Assembly: GCA_944381475.1 (NCBI GenBank)
Contig: CALWLH010000075.1
Span: forward strand, 1-35,912
Source of the DNA: an uncultured Lachnospiraceae bacterium
Lineage (GTDB): Bacteria; Bacillota; Clostridia; Lachnospirales; Lachnospiraceae
Reading direction: 5' to 3'
Length of the DNA: 35,912 nt
Shown: positions 26,149 through 35,912 of the stretch, one piece after another
How the letters are laid out: each line of letters opens with the position of its first letter
Position numbering within the stretch: the first letter of the stretch is position 1
Made by a program: the position numbers and the translations under genes
Notes under the pieces: generated by a model
Databases searched by the model: none
What the model saw: only the letters and a program-made list of their open reading frames with translations
Told to the model about the DNA's origin: nothing

Positions 26149-28108
26149 CCACAGGTATGCCCAGCTGCTGGGCCTTCGTGAGCTTGCTTCCTGCCGCCTC
26201 CCCGGCCACCAAAAAGCTGGTCTTTTTCGATACGCTTCCCGCCACCTTGCCGCCGTTTTTCTCGATGAGCTCCGTGACCTCTTTTCGTCCCATAGTGGGA
26301 AGCGTTCCTGTCACCACGATGGTCTGACCGGAAAATGGGCCCTCACCAGTCTCCTGCTTTTGCGCTGTCATGTTCACACCTCTGGCCTTCAGGCGCTCTA
26401 TGACGGTTTGAACCTCCTCCCGTTCAAAGAACTGGCGGATGGCCCTGGCGCTGATCTCACCAATGTCCTCCACACTGCAAAGGCTTTCCACATCCGCCTG
26501 CTCCAGGGCCTCTAGGGAACCAAATTTTCTGATCAGAGCCTTTGCGGCAGCCTTTCCGATATTTGGAATGCCAAGGCCGGTAACCAGCCGTTCCGGAGAA
26601 TTTTTCTTAGAGCCTTCAATAGCCGCAAGAAGCTTATCCGTATTCTTTTCCTTCCCGATGAGTCCCTGCTCAATCAGCTCCTCCCGGTGAAGGTGAAGGT
26701 CGTAGATATCCGCCACATCCCGAAGATATCCCTGTTCTGTCAGCAGTTGAATATAGACCTCCCCAAAGCCCTTGATATCCATGGCGTCACGGCTGACAAA
26801 ATTGATGATATTTCGCTGAATCTGGGAAGGGCATGCGGGATTGATACATTTCAGATCCGCCGTATCCTCCTCCCTGACTGTGGGTTTCCCACATACAGGG
26901 CAGGTATCCGGCAGCTGGAACACGGGAACCGTTTTCGTTTCCGGGGTTTTTACCACCTGCTTAATCTTTGGAATGATTTCGCCGCTCTTATACACCAACA
27001 CATGACTGCCGATACCCACTCCAAGAGAATCGATGAAATCCTGATTGTGAAGTGTGGCCCTGGACACGGTGGTGCCGCAGAGACGGATCGGAGTAAACAC
27101 CGCTGTGGGTGTGATGCGCCCGGTACGTCCCACGGAAAGCTCAATGTCAAGAACGGTGGCCTCCTTCTCCTCCGGGGGATATTTGTAGGCCACTGCCCAG
27201 CGGGGAACCTTGGAGGTGGTTCCAAGAGCCGCCCGATCTGTAAAGGAATCCAGCTTCACCACCGCCCCGTCAATATCATAGGCCAGGTTTCCCCGCATCT
27301 CTCCGATTTTTTCTATGGCGCTCCATATCTCCTGAAAGGTATCGCAGACAAAGTAGGTGTCTATGATCTTTACCCCCTGTCTTTTCAGCCACTCATAGCC
27401 CTCCACATGACCGTTAAAAGAGATCCCCTGGGTCTCCTGTATGTTAAATATAAACATGGACAGGCGGCGCTCCTTTGTAACGGAAGGATCAAGCTGGCGA
27501 AGGGTTCCGGCTGCACAGTTTCTGGGATTTGCAAAGGTTTTTTTTCCAAGAAGCTCCTGTTTTGCGTTGACCTCCTCAAAGGCCTCATTCTCCATGTATA
27601 CCTCCCCCCGAAGCTCCACATAGGGAACCTTTTCCGGCAGAGAAGCGACAATGTCGCCGATCATGCGGGCATTGGCAGTCACATCCTCTCCCTGGAGAAT
27701 CCCATCGCCCCTGGTTTCCGCCAGCACCAGCTCGCCATTCTCATAACGCAGGCTCATGGAAAGGCCATCGATCTTGGTCTCCACAACAAACCGGGGATGT
27801 TTTAGGGCACCCTGGCAATCTGCGACAAACTGCTCCACCTCCTCCTTTGAGAACACATCCTGGAGGCTCAGCATGGGATTGCGGTGTTGTACCAGGACAC
27901 CTGCCCGGCGCTTTGCGCTGCCCCCCACCTTCTGCGTGGGGCTGTCTTTTGTGATCCACTCCGGATGCTCCTTTTCCATGGCCTTTAGTTTCAGCATCAG
28001 CTGGTCATACTCATAATCCGTAATCTCCGGATCATCCTGATTATAATAACGGTCATTATGATGCCGGATCTGCTTTACCAGGGCCTGGTAGTCTTTTTTT
28101 TCACTCAC
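26114..28108 (-). CDS. ligA: NAD+-dependent DNA ligase
   Basis: 664 aa with the adenylation motif KIDGLS, Zn-finger cysteines CPVCGKP...C, HhH repeats and a C-terminal BRCT. Its 3' end overlaps the flippase 3' end convergently by 35 nt. Confidence 0.95.
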   Translation of the reverse strand: MSEKKDYQALVKQIRHHNDRYYNQDDPEITDYEYDQLMLKLKAMEKEHPEWITKDSPTQKVGGSAKRRAGVLVQHRNPMLSLQDVFSKEEVEQFVADCQGALKHPRFVVETKIDGLSMSLRYENGELVLAETRGDGILQGEDVTANARMIGDIVASLPEKVPYVELRGEVYMENEAFEEVNAKQELLGKKTFANPRNCAAGTLRQLDPSVTKERRLSMFIFNIQETQGISFNGHVEGYEWLKRQGVKIIDTYFVCDTFQEIWSAIEKIGEMRGNLAYDIDGAVVKLDSFTDRAALGTTSKVPRWAVAYKYPPEEKEATVLDIELSVGRTGRITPTAVFTPIRLCGTTVSRATLHNQDFIDSLGVGIGSHVLVYKSGEIIPKIKQVVKTPETKTVPVFQLPDTCPVCGKPTVREEDTADLKCINPACPSQIQRNIINFVSRDAMDIKGFGEVYIQLLTEQGYLRDVADIYDLHLHREELIEQGLIGKEKNTDKLLAAIEGSKKNSPERLVTGLGIPNIGKAAAKALIRKFGSLEALEQADVESLCSVEDIGEISARAIRQFFEREEVQTVIERLKARGVNMTAQKQETGEGPFSGQTIVVTGTLPTMGRKEVTELIEKNGGKVAGSVSKKTSFLVAGEAAGSKLTKAQQLGIPVVTEEELLGMLK

Positions 28109-28836
28109 TCCCTATTAACCTCCTGTCCAAGACCAATCCGTCTTAGAAGCTCATCAAGCTCCCCGCCGGTAATCTCCCGGTAATTTCCCATCTTGAGTGT
28201 ACCCAGACGAATGTTCAGTATACGGATTCGTTTCAAATTTGTCACCTTCACACCGCAGGTCTGACACATGCGCCTGATCTGGCGGTTCAAGCCCTGGGTC
28301 AGCACAATGTGAAAGGTTCTCTCGCCGGTTTTCCAGGCTTTACAGGGTCTGGTAAGCCCTTCCGGAAGCGGTATGCCGCCCCGGAGTCTTTTCAAAAGCC
28401 CCTCTGTAACCGGCCGGTCAATGGTCACCACATACTCCTTTTCATGATAAAACCTGGCCTTTGCGATGCGGTTTGCCAGCTCCCCCTGGTTTGTCAGCAG
28501 AAGAAGTCCCTCTGAATCCTTGTCCAGCCTTCCGATACTGAAGATGCGAAAGGGGAGCTTTAAATACTCCTCCACCGTCGTGGCTCCCTGCCCTGCGCTG
28601 CTGCAGACAATGCCCCTGGGCTTGTAAAAGGCCAAAAGCCTGGGAACGGTTTTTTTCAGCTTCATTTCAACTGCTTTGCCGTCAATCAGAATCTGGTCTG
28701 CATCCGTCACCCGAATCCCGTTATGGGCAGGCTCCCCATTAACGGATACACGGCTCTCCGCCACCAGTTCATCCGCTCTTCTCCTGGAGCAGTATCCAAT
28801 CTCACTCAGGTATTTGTTCAATCTGATGGGCTCCAT
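28105..28836 (-). CDS. rluB: Pseudouridine synthase (RsuA/RluB family, S4 domain plus catalytic domain)
   Basis: ORF 28105..28851 opens with TTG. The ATG start is Met6 (MEPIRLNKYLSEIGYCSRRRADEL) at 28836 behind AGGAGGG. The catalytic Asp lies in GRLDKDSEGLLLLTN. Its stop overlaps the ligA start (ATGA). Confidence 0.85.
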   Translation of the reverse strand: MEPIRLNKYLSEIGYCSRRRADELVAESRVSVNGEPAHNGIRVTDADQILIDGKAVEMKLKKTVPRLLAFYKPRGIVCSSAGQGATTVEEYLKLPFRIFSIGRLDKDSEGLLLLTNQGELANRIAKARFYHEKEYVVTIDRPVTEGLLKRLRGGIPLPEGLTRPCKAWKTGERTFHIVLTQGLNRQIRRMCQTCGVKVTNLKRIRILNIRLGTLKMGNYREITGGELDELLRRIGLGQEVNRE

Positions 28837-28844
28837 AGTCCCTC

Positions 28845-29867
28845 CTAGCAAATAAACATGGCATCCCCAAAGGAAAAGAAGCGGTATCTCTCCCGGACAG
28901 CCTCCTCATAGGCAGCCAGCACATGCTCCCGGCCTGCCAGGGCGGAAACCAGCATGATCAGCGTGGACTGGGGCAGGTGAAAGTTTGTGATCAATGCGTC
29001 CACCATCTGAAATTCATAGCCCGGATAGATGAAAATCTCTGTCCAGCCGCTTCCCGGGGACACAACCCCCTTTTTCGACGCGGACTCCAGGGTTCTGCAG
29101 CTGGTGGTTCCCACAGCAATGACCCGATGCCCCCCAGCCTTTGCGCGATTGATTTTTTCCGCCTCATCTGGAGCAATCATAAAAAACTCCGAATGCATAT
29201 GATGCTCCTCGATGGTTTCAGCCTTCACCGGCCGGAAGGTGCCAAGCCCCACGTGGAGGGTCACACTGGCAATTTCCACCCCCTTTGAAGCGATATCCGC
29301 CAAAAGCTCCTTTGTAAAATGGAGTCCCGCGGTGGGTGCAGCGGCGCTTCCCTCGTATTTTGCATAAACCGTCTGATAGCGGTTCTTATCCTTTAACTCA
29401 TGGGTGATGTAGGGGGGCAGGGGCATTTGTCCCAGCTGATCAAGAATTTCCTCAAAAATCCCGTCATAGGAAAAACGGACTTTCCGGTTTCCCTCCTCCT
29501 CCACAGAAAGCACCTCTCCCTTCAGAAGACCACCTCCAAAGGAGAGCCTTGCCCCAGGCTTGCACTTCTTTCCGGGCTTTACAAGGGTTTCCCACACATT
29601 GTCCTCAAAGCGTTTTAGAAGAAGCACCTCCACCTTGCCTCCCGTGCCCTCGCGAACACCGTACAGTCTGGCGGGAATCACCTTGGTGTCATTGATCACC
29701 AGGCAGTCTCCCGGCTCAAGGAAGTCTATGATCTCCTTAAATATATGGTGAGAATATTCACCGGTATTTTTGTCCAGCACCATCAGCCTGGAGGAGCTCC
29801 GATCCTCCAATGGATCCTGGGCGATCAGCTCCTGGGGCAGATCATAATCGTAATCCTTTACAAACAT
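28845..29867 (-). CDS. queA: S-adenosylmethionine:tRNA ribosyltransferase-isomerase
   Basis: ORF 28845..29975, with the start Met37 ([31 protein letters not shown]) at 29867 behind AGAGGAAAAAU. The family signature is present throughout. Confidence 0.92.
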   Translation of the reverse strand: MFVKDYDYDLPQELIAQDPLEDRSSSRLMVLDKNTGEYSHHIFKEIIDFLEPGDCLVINDTKVIPARLYGVREGTGGKVEVLLLKRFEDNVWETLVKPGKKCKPGARLSFGGGLLKGEVLSVEEEGNRKVRFSYDGIFEEILDQLGQMPLPPYITHELKDKNRYQTVYAKYEGSAAAPTAGLHFTKELLADIASKGVEIASVTLHVGLGTFRPVKAETIEEHHMHSEFFMIAPDEAEKINRAKAGGHRVIAVGTTSCRTLESASKKGVVSPGSGWTEIFIYPGYEFQMVDALITNFHLPQSTLIMLVSALAGREHVLAAYEEAVRERYRFFSFGDAMFIC

Positions 29868-29883
29868 ATTTTTCCTCTTTTCT

Positions 29884-32562
29884 CTAACGATATCCATCCC
29901 AGATGCGAAAAGCCATTCTCCTATACCAGGAGAGCTTTTCATCAATATAGCGGCAGCACTTGCGGTAAACTGCAAGCATCACCTGCTTTTTTTCCTCTGT
30001 GATCTCGTGGTCGCTGAAGACTGCCTCCTGAGCAATATGCAGTACCATCCTCCACTGCTTCTCCTCCACCGGATAAAAAAGAGACAGATCATGGGGAGAC
30101 GCAGCCTCATCCACGGGCACATGATAGCGGGCGGACATATGGCAAAGCTCTCTGTAAATTGCCAGACAGCTGTTCCTGCAGCTCCTCTGGGTAAATTTTC
30201 TGCGGCGCGCGAAAATCCTTGTCCTGCGGTGTGAATACAGAAATCCGCAAATCAGCAGAAGTATCAGAAGCGCTGTCAGTATATTTCGGATCAGACGAAG
30301 GGTTTTGGAGGAAATCTCCGTTCCAGAGGACCCGGGGTCTGTTCCCTGGGAGTCAAAATCCCCCGTTCCAGAAGCGCCAGGGCCAGTCTCCCCCTGTGCC
30401 GGGGATGTGCCTGCCGTGTCCGTCCCCTCCTCCGTTGTCTCCTCGCCGCTTTCCTCCTCCGTATCCGGGTCCGCTGTAGTGGGAGCCTCCTCTGGGGGTA
30501 ACTGCGGCAGAGTGATCTCCTCCTCAGCAGTGCCCGGCGTCTCTGCCGAATCGCTTTCTGTTTCGGCTGACCCGGCGGGGGGCGCATAGCCATCCTGATT
30601 CATCTCCGGAGTAAACCCTCCAGGATTTCCATTATATCCCGGCGTCACCTCCACCGGAATCCACCCAAAGCCGTCAATATAGATTTCCGGCCAGGCATGG
30701 GCATAGGAATCATCAACACTTACCTGCGTATCAGCGCTCATAGGAGGAATCACGTATCCCTGAACATACCGGGCAGGAATTCCCAAGCAACGGAAGATCA
30801 TCACCGCTGCGGAGGCAAAATGCGTACAGTATCCTTCCCTGCTCTCGAACAGAAAATACTCAATAAAATCTTCCCCAGCCGGGCATCGCTCCGGCGTCAG
30901 CGTATAGGTGGATTCCCTGGCCACCTCCTGCTGCACAAAGGTCACCGCTTCCCCTATACTGTCAAAGGAGTATCCGCCATATTCCTCCACAAGCCTGTCC
31001 AAGCGCTCCGGCACCTGCAGATCCTGCTCATACACAAACTGCCGGTATGCCTGCTCCAGATCCATAAAATACTTTAAATCTGCCAGCTGATCCGGCATCA
31101 TATCCAAATCGTTTTCAAAGGATGACCGAAGCCTCTGCAAATTCAGCTGAAGATACTCCAGCCGCTCCAGGGACCATCCGTCATTGGTATCAGGAAAATA
31201 CGCGTCATACAAATTTTCCAGATTCCCATTCCTTCTGGTCAGATAAGTCAGATTGCTGATATCTCCATCCTCCTGGGATACAAGGCCATAATAGGGCAGA
31301 CACAGGTATTCGCTGTCGCTGACCTGCAGATCCGGCGCCTGGATTCTCCAGCGGATGGGAGACATATCGTAAAACAGATTGTAATATACAGCCACGTCAC
31401 CCATCAGCGATGAAACCAGCTGGTTGTCAACAATATCATACACATTCCGTATCATATGATAGCCCAGACTCATGATGAAGCTCTCATCATAATTCGCCAG
31501 AGCCTGGAAACTCTCCGTCTCATAGGCTGCGTCAGGCAGCGGGTCCCAGCCCGCTCCGTCATAGACCTCCCCCACATAGCCTTTCAGATAGCTGTAATGC
31601 CTGATATCCGCATCAACGCTCACAAGCAGATGAACTTCATGGTTAAATCGAAGAGAATTGCCCCCGTTTATCTGCCCTCCATTGATTCCGCCCGCACTGT
31701 ATCGGCCCAAAAGCTGTTCATACAGCTCTCTGATGGAGGAGCTGTACACTGTATCACGGACGGGTCCAAGGATGCTTTCCACTCGCGGATAAAACAGTCC
31801 CCGTCCAAGATAGATCGATACGGCAAAAAAGAACAGCATCATCAGAACCGCCAAGCCTCGAAGTCCCCTCTGGGAAGCATGATCCGTCCGAATCTCTGGC
31901 AGGAAGCTGCCGCAGAAGGCGGTTTTTCTGATCATCACAAATCCCAGAAGGCTTCCCAGCACCAGATACATATGCTCCGCTTCCGGCACATGGCCGCTGA
32001 CCAGTATGATCACAAGCCAGGGGACAAAGGCTGCGGCTGTAATCAAGGAGGAGCAGGGGCGGGCAGCAGAAAGGGAGAGGGGAACACACACCGGGATCAG
32101 CAAAAGGAGCATAGCCAAGCTGCCCTCTCCCACAGCCACCGTGCCCTCCCTGAACAGTGGGAGGCTTATGGAATAATAGCTGTTAAAGCTTTGGGCAATC
32201 ATTGTATAAATATAACGCAGAGAGGAGGCCCAGGATTGCCGGTGAAAAATCAGCAAAAGTATAAGCAAAAACGTCCCTACAGCCGTAAGAATAAGCCTCG
32301 CGCCTTTTTTTGCGGAGAAAACGGCAAAAAAATACAGGCTTGCAAGGGCTGCACCGGCGGCCACAAATATACTGTCAAAAATAATATCATAGCTTTCCCC
32401 CAGACAGCACATCATACCGATGCAGCCTATAAAAACCAAGCACAGCTTCATGATATAATCAAAAATATTCTGTTGTGATTTTGCCTCTCCACCAGGCTCT
32501 TCATAGAATACCCCTTGGTCGATCTCAATCCCCAGCGTATTCTCCAGCTTATTTTTTTTCAA
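29884..32562 (-). CDS. TgpA-like transglutaminase-domain membrane protein (DUF3488-type N-terminal TM helices, transglutaminase core, acidic disordered linker, C-terminal TM helix and tail)
   Basis: 892 aa. The transglutaminase-like core is [28 protein letters not shown], with the catalytic Cys in GYCTHF. The start is a TTG with a strong SD (AGGAGAGAAUU-UUG), and the first ATG is 37 codons inside protein-like sequence. It lies 9 nt downstream of the DUF58 gene. Confidence 0.8.
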   Translation of the reverse strand: MKKNKLENTLGIEIDQGVFYEEPGGEAKSQQNIFDYIMKLCLVFIGCIGMMCCLGESYDIIFDSIFVAAGAALASLYFFAVFSAKKGARLILTAVGTFLLILLLIFHRQSWASSLRYIYTMIAQSFNSYYSISLPLFREGTVAVGEGSLAMLLLLIPVCVPLSLSAARPCSSLITAAAFVPWLVIILVSGHVPEAEHMYLVLGSLLGFVMIRKTAFCGSFLPEIRTDHASQRGLRGLAVLMMLFFFAVSIYLGRGLFYPRVESILGPVRDTVYSSSIRELYEQLLGRYSAGGINGGQINGGNSLRFNHEVHLLVSVDADIRHYSYLKGYVGEVYDGAGWDPLPDAAYETESFQALANYDESFIMSLGYHMIRNVYDIVDNQLVSSLMGDVAVYYNLFYDMSPIRWRIQAPDLQVSDSEYLCLPYYGLVSQEDGDISNLTYLTRRNGNLENLYDAYFPDTNDGWSLERLEYLQLNLQRLRSSFENDLDMMPDQLADLKYFMDLEQAYRQFVYEQDLQVPERLDRLVEEYGGYSFDSIGEAVTFVQQEVARESTYTLTPERCPAGEDFIEYFLFESREGYCTHFASAAVMIFRCLGIPARYVQGYVIPPMSADTQVSVDDSYAHAWPEIYIDGFGWIPVEVTPGYNGNPGGFTPEMNQDGYAPPAGSAETESDSAETPGTAEEEITLPQLPPEEAPTTADPDTEEESGEETTEEGTDTAGTSPAQGETGPGASGTGDFDSQGTDPGSSGTEISSKTLRLIRNILTALLILLLICGFLYSHRRTRIFARRRKFTQRSCRNSCLAIYRELCHMSARYHVPVDEAASPHDLSLFYPVEEKQWRMVLHIAQEAVFSDHEITEEKKQVMLAVYRKCCRYIDEKLSWYRRMAFRIWDGYR

Positions 32563-32571
32563 AATTCTCTC

Positions 32572-33792
32572 CTAATACAATTCAAGATGAAGCTGTCCAA
32601 GCGCCTCCTGAAGTCCCTTCACGGGAAGCACATGATAATACAAGCTTTCCGAGAGCTGTTCCGTGTGCATATCCCTGTTTTCTATGGAATAAATCCTTGT
32701 CCGTTTCACCTGTTCCAGGCTCTCCAGCTGGGCCATCTCATTTTCATCAACAGAACCCGTAATGTACAAAAGCTGCTCGATCTGACAGGCAAGGCTCAAC
32801 TGGGATATTATCTCGGAAGGCAAAATTTTCCGGCAATAAGCGGCGGCAGTTAACATACCGATACTCTCAAACAGATCCTCGTCCTTTTCCAGATGTCTCT
32901 GCACCACCATCTGCCTGTGAACGTCATACCAGGCAAGGGTCATGCTGCAATTTGCCTCCAAAATGGATATGCACAGAGCAACCGCGGTATGAACACGCTG
33001 ATGATAGGACATCTGATTATCACAGTGCATGTCAACCAGAATAACCGTCCTGTCGATAATGGGAAAAGAATAATCCTTTACCATCAGCTTCTGAGACTTG
33101 GCGGTGAGCTTCCAGTCCACTCTGGAAAGCCTGTCGCCAATGCGGTAATCTCTGACCTGAAAAACCTCCGATGGATCGTCGCCCACCCGATCTCTGTAGA
33201 AACGCTGAATATTATTTCTGGCGTCATCCTCCGTCCGTTTGTCCTCCGCCAATGGCATGAAAAAGCGGGATGATCGGTCTCGTACAAATATCTGCTGAAA
33301 TTCAGGAAGAACCGTCATGGATGCCGCTTTACTTTTCAATCTTCTTTTTACGGAAAACAGGTGGAGGAAATCATAAACGTATATATATCGGGGTTCAATC
33401 CGCAATGTCCCTGCATAGCGCACAGTTATAGGCAGATGCATCAGCGACACTCTGCCTGGCAGAGATGTAAAGGGCAGCCGCAGCTTCAACCTCTCGCTGC
33501 TCTGGAAGTAGGTCAGTTCAATCATAATCTCCCCGTAAAACACAGGAAATACCAACCTGTTTTTTATACGAGCCCGAAGCTCTCCCTTTTTTCCTACCGT
33601 TATGGTATCTTTCGGAGAGGCGAATGCCACCCGCAGCCCCCAGGCTGAAAGCAGCACATAAAAAAGGGACAGCAGCGCAAACATCAGCTCGATACCTACC
33701 AGAATTGTAGGAAAGGATTCCAGATACGCCACTCCCATATATACGGTTACGACCAGGATGAGCAAAAGAATCCACAATCGTTTCAGCATCAT
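32572..33792 (-). CDS. DUF58-family protein (vWA-like, MoxR partner) with an N-terminal membrane anchor
   Basis: 406 aa with an N-terminal pair of TM helices followed by a DUF58/vWA-like body. Its position between MoxR and the transglutaminase is the canonical triad order. Confidence 0.7.
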   Translation of the reverse strand: MMLKRLWILLLILVVTVYMGVAYLESFPTILVGIELMFALLSLFYVLLSAWGLRVAFASPKDTITVGKKGELRARIKNRLVFPVFYGEIMIELTYFQSSERLKLRLPFTSLPGRVSLMHLPITVRYAGTLRIEPRYIYVYDFLHLFSVKRRLKSKAASMTVLPEFQQIFVRDRSSRFFMPLAEDKRTEDDARNNIQRFYRDRVGDDPSEVFQVRDYRIGDRLSRVDWKLTAKSQKLMVKDYSFPIIDRTVILVDMHCDNQMSYHQRVHTAVALCISILEANCSMTLAWYDVHRQMVVQRHLEKDEDLFESIGMLTAAAYCRKILPSEIISQLSLACQIEQLLYITGSVDENEMAQLESLEQVKRTRIYSIENRDMHTEQLSESLYYHVLPVKGLQEALGQLHLELY

Positions 33793-33804
33793 TCTTCCTT
33801 TCCG

Positions 33805-34749
33805 CTACCTGATTCCACTGATCCTGGGCTTTGGCATGGTTTCCAGTATTTCATTTAGCACATCATACTTGGTAATATGCTTGATTCTGGCAGCAGGGCT
33901 TAAGATCACCCTGTGCTCAGTCACGCTCATGAACACCCTCTGTACATCATCCGGAACCACATAATCCCGTCCGTGTAAAAACGCATAGGCGCTTGCCATT
34001 TTGCAAAGAGACACACCTGCTCTGGGGCTTGCTCCCAACTCTAAATTTGGATTAGCCCTGGTAGCCTGTACCAATGAAACAATATATTTGTAAATCATAT
34101 CATGAACATAAACCCGCTTCACTATTTCCTGCATCTGAATAAGCCGGTTCTTTGACAGCACGCCCTGGGTCTCCTCGCGCTCCGCGTCCCTCTTGCTCTT
34201 TAAAATATTAATCTCATCCTCCTCAGCAGGATATCCCATGGAAATTCGGATCATAAAACGATCCAGCTGGGATTCAGGCAATAGCTGGGTACCGGCGGAG
34301 CCTGAAGGGTTCTGGGTTGCGATAACATGGAACGGAGGCTCCAACTCCATCGTCTCCCCGTCCACAGTCACCTTTCCCTCCTCCATAACCTCCAAAAGAG
34401 CGGACTGCGATTTGGGAGATGTACGGTTGATCTCATCTGCCAAAAACAGATTGCAAAAGATCGGTCCCGGCGTAAACTGCATCACACCTTTTTCCTGGTC
34501 ATACATATGAAAGCCTGTAATGTCACTGGGCAAAACATCCGGTGTGAACTGCATCCTGGCAGCCTGAAGCCCCAGCACCTTGGCAAAAGCCATGGCCATG
34601 GTGGTTTTTCCAAGCCCCGGTATATCCTCAATAAGGATATGTCCTCCAGCCAGGATACCGCAAAACACCTTTTCGACCACCTGATGCTTTCCCATTACAT
34701 TTTTTTCAACCTCAGCTATAACCGAATTTGCCAATTCTTCGTAAGTCAT
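33805..34749 (-). CDS. MoxR-family AAA+ ATPase
   Basis: ORF 33805..34830, with the start Met28 (MTYEELANSV) at 34749. Walker A is GLGKTT, Walker B LADEINR, sensor QNPSGSAGTQ. Its ATG overlaps the TGA of the upstream gene (TGATG). Confidence 0.88.
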   Translation of the reverse strand: MTYEELANSVIAEVEKNVMGKHQVVEKVFCGILAGGHILIEDIPGLGKTTMAMAFAKVLGLQAARMQFTPDVLPSDITGFHMYDQEKGVMQFTPGPIFCNLFLADEINRTSPKSQSALLEVMEEGKVTVDGETMELEPPFHVIATQNPSGSAGTQLLPESQLDRFMIRISMGYPAEEDEINILKSKRDAEREETQGVLSKNRLIQMQEIVKRVYVHDMIYKYIVSLVQATRANPNLELGASPRAGVSLCKMASAYAFLHGRDYVVPDDVQRVFMSVTEHRVILSPAARIKHITKYDVLNEILETMPKPRISGIR

Positions 34750-35603
34750 CACTGTTCCTCTGCTTCCCGGGCAGCCTCCTGCCCATTCATTATATCCATC
34801 AGCTCCTCCAAGCGGGAATCCTGGCTGCATGCCTCCTTAAGGGCTCCGTCTACAGTGGAGGACAATTCAAGGATACAGTCATACTCGTTCACCGATCTAA
34901 GATAAGCATTCAATTTTGCCGTAATCTCTCCATTGTAGATATGCGGGATTCCGTCATCCCCAATAACCACGTAAAAACGGGTCAGGGTAGGAGCCGGCGT
35001 GGAAATATTATAAAACTTGATGTTATAGGAAGCATATACCACAAAGGATGAGGAATCCATGCCTTCGATAAAATAACAGGTAAGCCCCTGATACTCCTCT
35101 ACGATCTCCGCCCTCTGATCCAGCTCCTCCTGGGTAACCGGTGTTCCGCCGTTATAATCCACGATATTCATCAGATCCGCAAGGCTGCAGCTTTCAAATG
35201 CGTCAAAATATGCCTGTATCAGGGCTGAAATCTCCGGATAATCCTCGCTTTCCAAAAACTCCTGATTAAATGGCGGATTGATGGTTCCCATTGCAGATTC
35301 TGGAGGCTGAGAAGTCTCCTGATCTGCATTTTCCCCCTCATCCGGTGTTTCTGCGCCCACTTCATTTCCGGACGTATCTGGAGCGGTCTGCAAAGATGAC
35401 CCCTCCTGCTGTGAGGATGTATCGATACCATTTGAAATATCCAGATACAATGTGCTTGTCTCGGCGTCCGCGCCAGCGGTCTGATTCGGTCCCGAACATG
35501 ATTTAATGACAATGACAATGATGATGACAAGAATCAGCGTAATGATTATGCCAAGGCCCAGAGGCCCTCCTATTTTTTCCAAATTCTCGTCAATCTCTCC
35601 CAT
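34749..35603 (-). CDS. Membrane-anchored acidic protein (one TM helix, disordered D/E/S/T-rich linker, ~170-aa C-terminal globular domain), function unknown; first gene of the MoxR operon
   Basis: ORF 34749..35678 opens with TTG. The first ATG is Met26 (MGEIDENLEK) behind AAGGGA. An alternative TTG start about 13 codons earlier has GGAGGA 6 nt upstream. The TM helix is GLGIIITLILVIIIVIVI. I may have mis-indexed bases near 35640, so the start coordinate is derived from codon counts in the ORF track. Confidence 0.5.
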   Translation of the reverse strand: MGEIDENLEKIGGPLGLGIIITLILVIIIVIVIKSCSGPNQTAGADAETSTLYLDISNGIDTSSQQEGSSLQTAPDTSGNEVGAETPDEGENADQETSQPPESAMGTINPPFNQEFLESEDYPEISALIQAYFDAFESCSLADLMNIVDYNGGTPVTQEELDQRAEIVEEYQGLTCYFIEGMDSSSFVVYASYNIKFYNISTPAPTLTRFYVVIGDDGIPHIYNGEITAKLNAYLRSVNEYDCILELSSTVDGALKEACSQDSRLEELMDIMNGQEAAREAEEQ

Positions 35604-35825
35604 AATTCCCTTTTTATTTTTCTTTTTAAATTCAAATTCCAAATCAATTCCTCCAAACGGAACAAAATTATTCTGCAAAATCTGCCCGCAGCCTGCTGTT
35701 TCTTCACCAGGACATACAGAAGAATTGTATCAAATTTCCGTATAAATATCAAGATGATGTTGAAGCCAAAAGCCTAATCCGTTTTAGACAGCCAAACCCA
35801 ATTTTGAAGAAAAGAAAAAAAAGCA

Positions 35826-35855
35826 TTGACAATCACTTGGTAAATGTAGTAAGAT
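35826..35855 (+). promoter_or_regulatory. Promoter for the tRNA gene (TTGACA-N18-TAAGAT)
   Basis: -35 TTGACA at 35826-35831 and -10 TAAGAT at 35850-35855. The tRNA 5' end lies about 9 nt downstream. Confidence 0.45.
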
Positions 35856-35864
35856 AACGGCAAT

Positions 35865-35912
35865 GCACCTGTAGCTCAGTGGATAGAGCACCGGCCTCCG
35901 GAGCCGGGTGCG
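35865..35912 (+). tRNA. tRNA-Arg (anticodon CCG); the 3' part lies beyond the window end
   Basis: Acceptor strand GCACCUG, then UA, D-stem GCUC/GAGC with loop AGUGGAUA, anticodon stem CCGGC/GCCGG and loop CUCCGGA, so the anticodon is CCG with G37. Confidence 0.8.

Noticed and set aside
26687-27805. 372-aa plus-strand ORF inside ligA
   Set aside because: Antisense to ligA, which has all the ligase motifs. A GC-rich frame with no stops occurs by chance.
31456-32478. 340-aa plus-strand ORF inside the TgpA-like gene
   Set aside because: Antisense to the transglutaminase gene. The translation is rich in Gln/His/Lys and low-complexity.
32451-32562. An internal ATG (Met38) as the start of the TgpA-like gene instead of the TTG at 32562
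   Set aside because: The 37 codons upstream are protein-like and continue the membrane domain. The TTG has a strong SD at ideal spacing and is placed 9 nt after the DUF58 stop. So the TTG start is kept, but it is unverified.

Overview
This 35.9-kb window is a chromosomal segment from a Firmicutes/Clostridia-like genome (my guess), with almost every gene on the minus strand and no CRISPR array, transposase, integrase or phage gene. Gene content is mostly housekeeping, envelope or metabolic; family assignments are recalled from protein sequence, not searched. From the left: a 3'-truncated aminotransferase behind a ~150-nt GC-rich structured leader; rny (RNase Y); an SPFH/band-7 protein with an unusual ~190-aa N-terminal domain and a ~250-nt GC-rich leader; and an orphan tRNA 3' fragment (T-arm plus acceptor strand, no 5' body). 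Next come two WYL-domain regulators in a two-gene operon with a textbook sigma-A promoter, a near-leaderless first gene and hairpin terminators on both sides, followed by a small acidic hypothetical protein and adenosine deaminase. Then a five-gene Na+-decarboxylase/transcarboxylase-like operon (12S carboxyltransferase, OadG-like subunit, biotin carrier, OadB membrane pump, biotin-less 5S carboxyltransferase). Then a six-gene operon of three lipoproteins, one small secreted protein, an ABC ATPase and a 749-aa permease, behind an AT-rich 350-nt leader. Then dacB-like PBP, a DagK-family lipid kinase, a divergent flippase on the plus strand, ligA, rluB and queA. Last is a MoxR / DUF58 / TgpA-like transglutaminase triad preceded by a translationally coupled membrane-anchored acidic protein, and a partial tRNA-Arg(CCG) on the plus strand at the window edge. 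I see no recognisable complete defence or mobile system. The better candidates for undescribed biology are the WYL pair beside the tRNA remnant, the lipoprotein/ABC operon, the hybrid decarboxylase cluster, the extended MoxR-DUF58-TgpA operon and two uncharacterised structured leaders.
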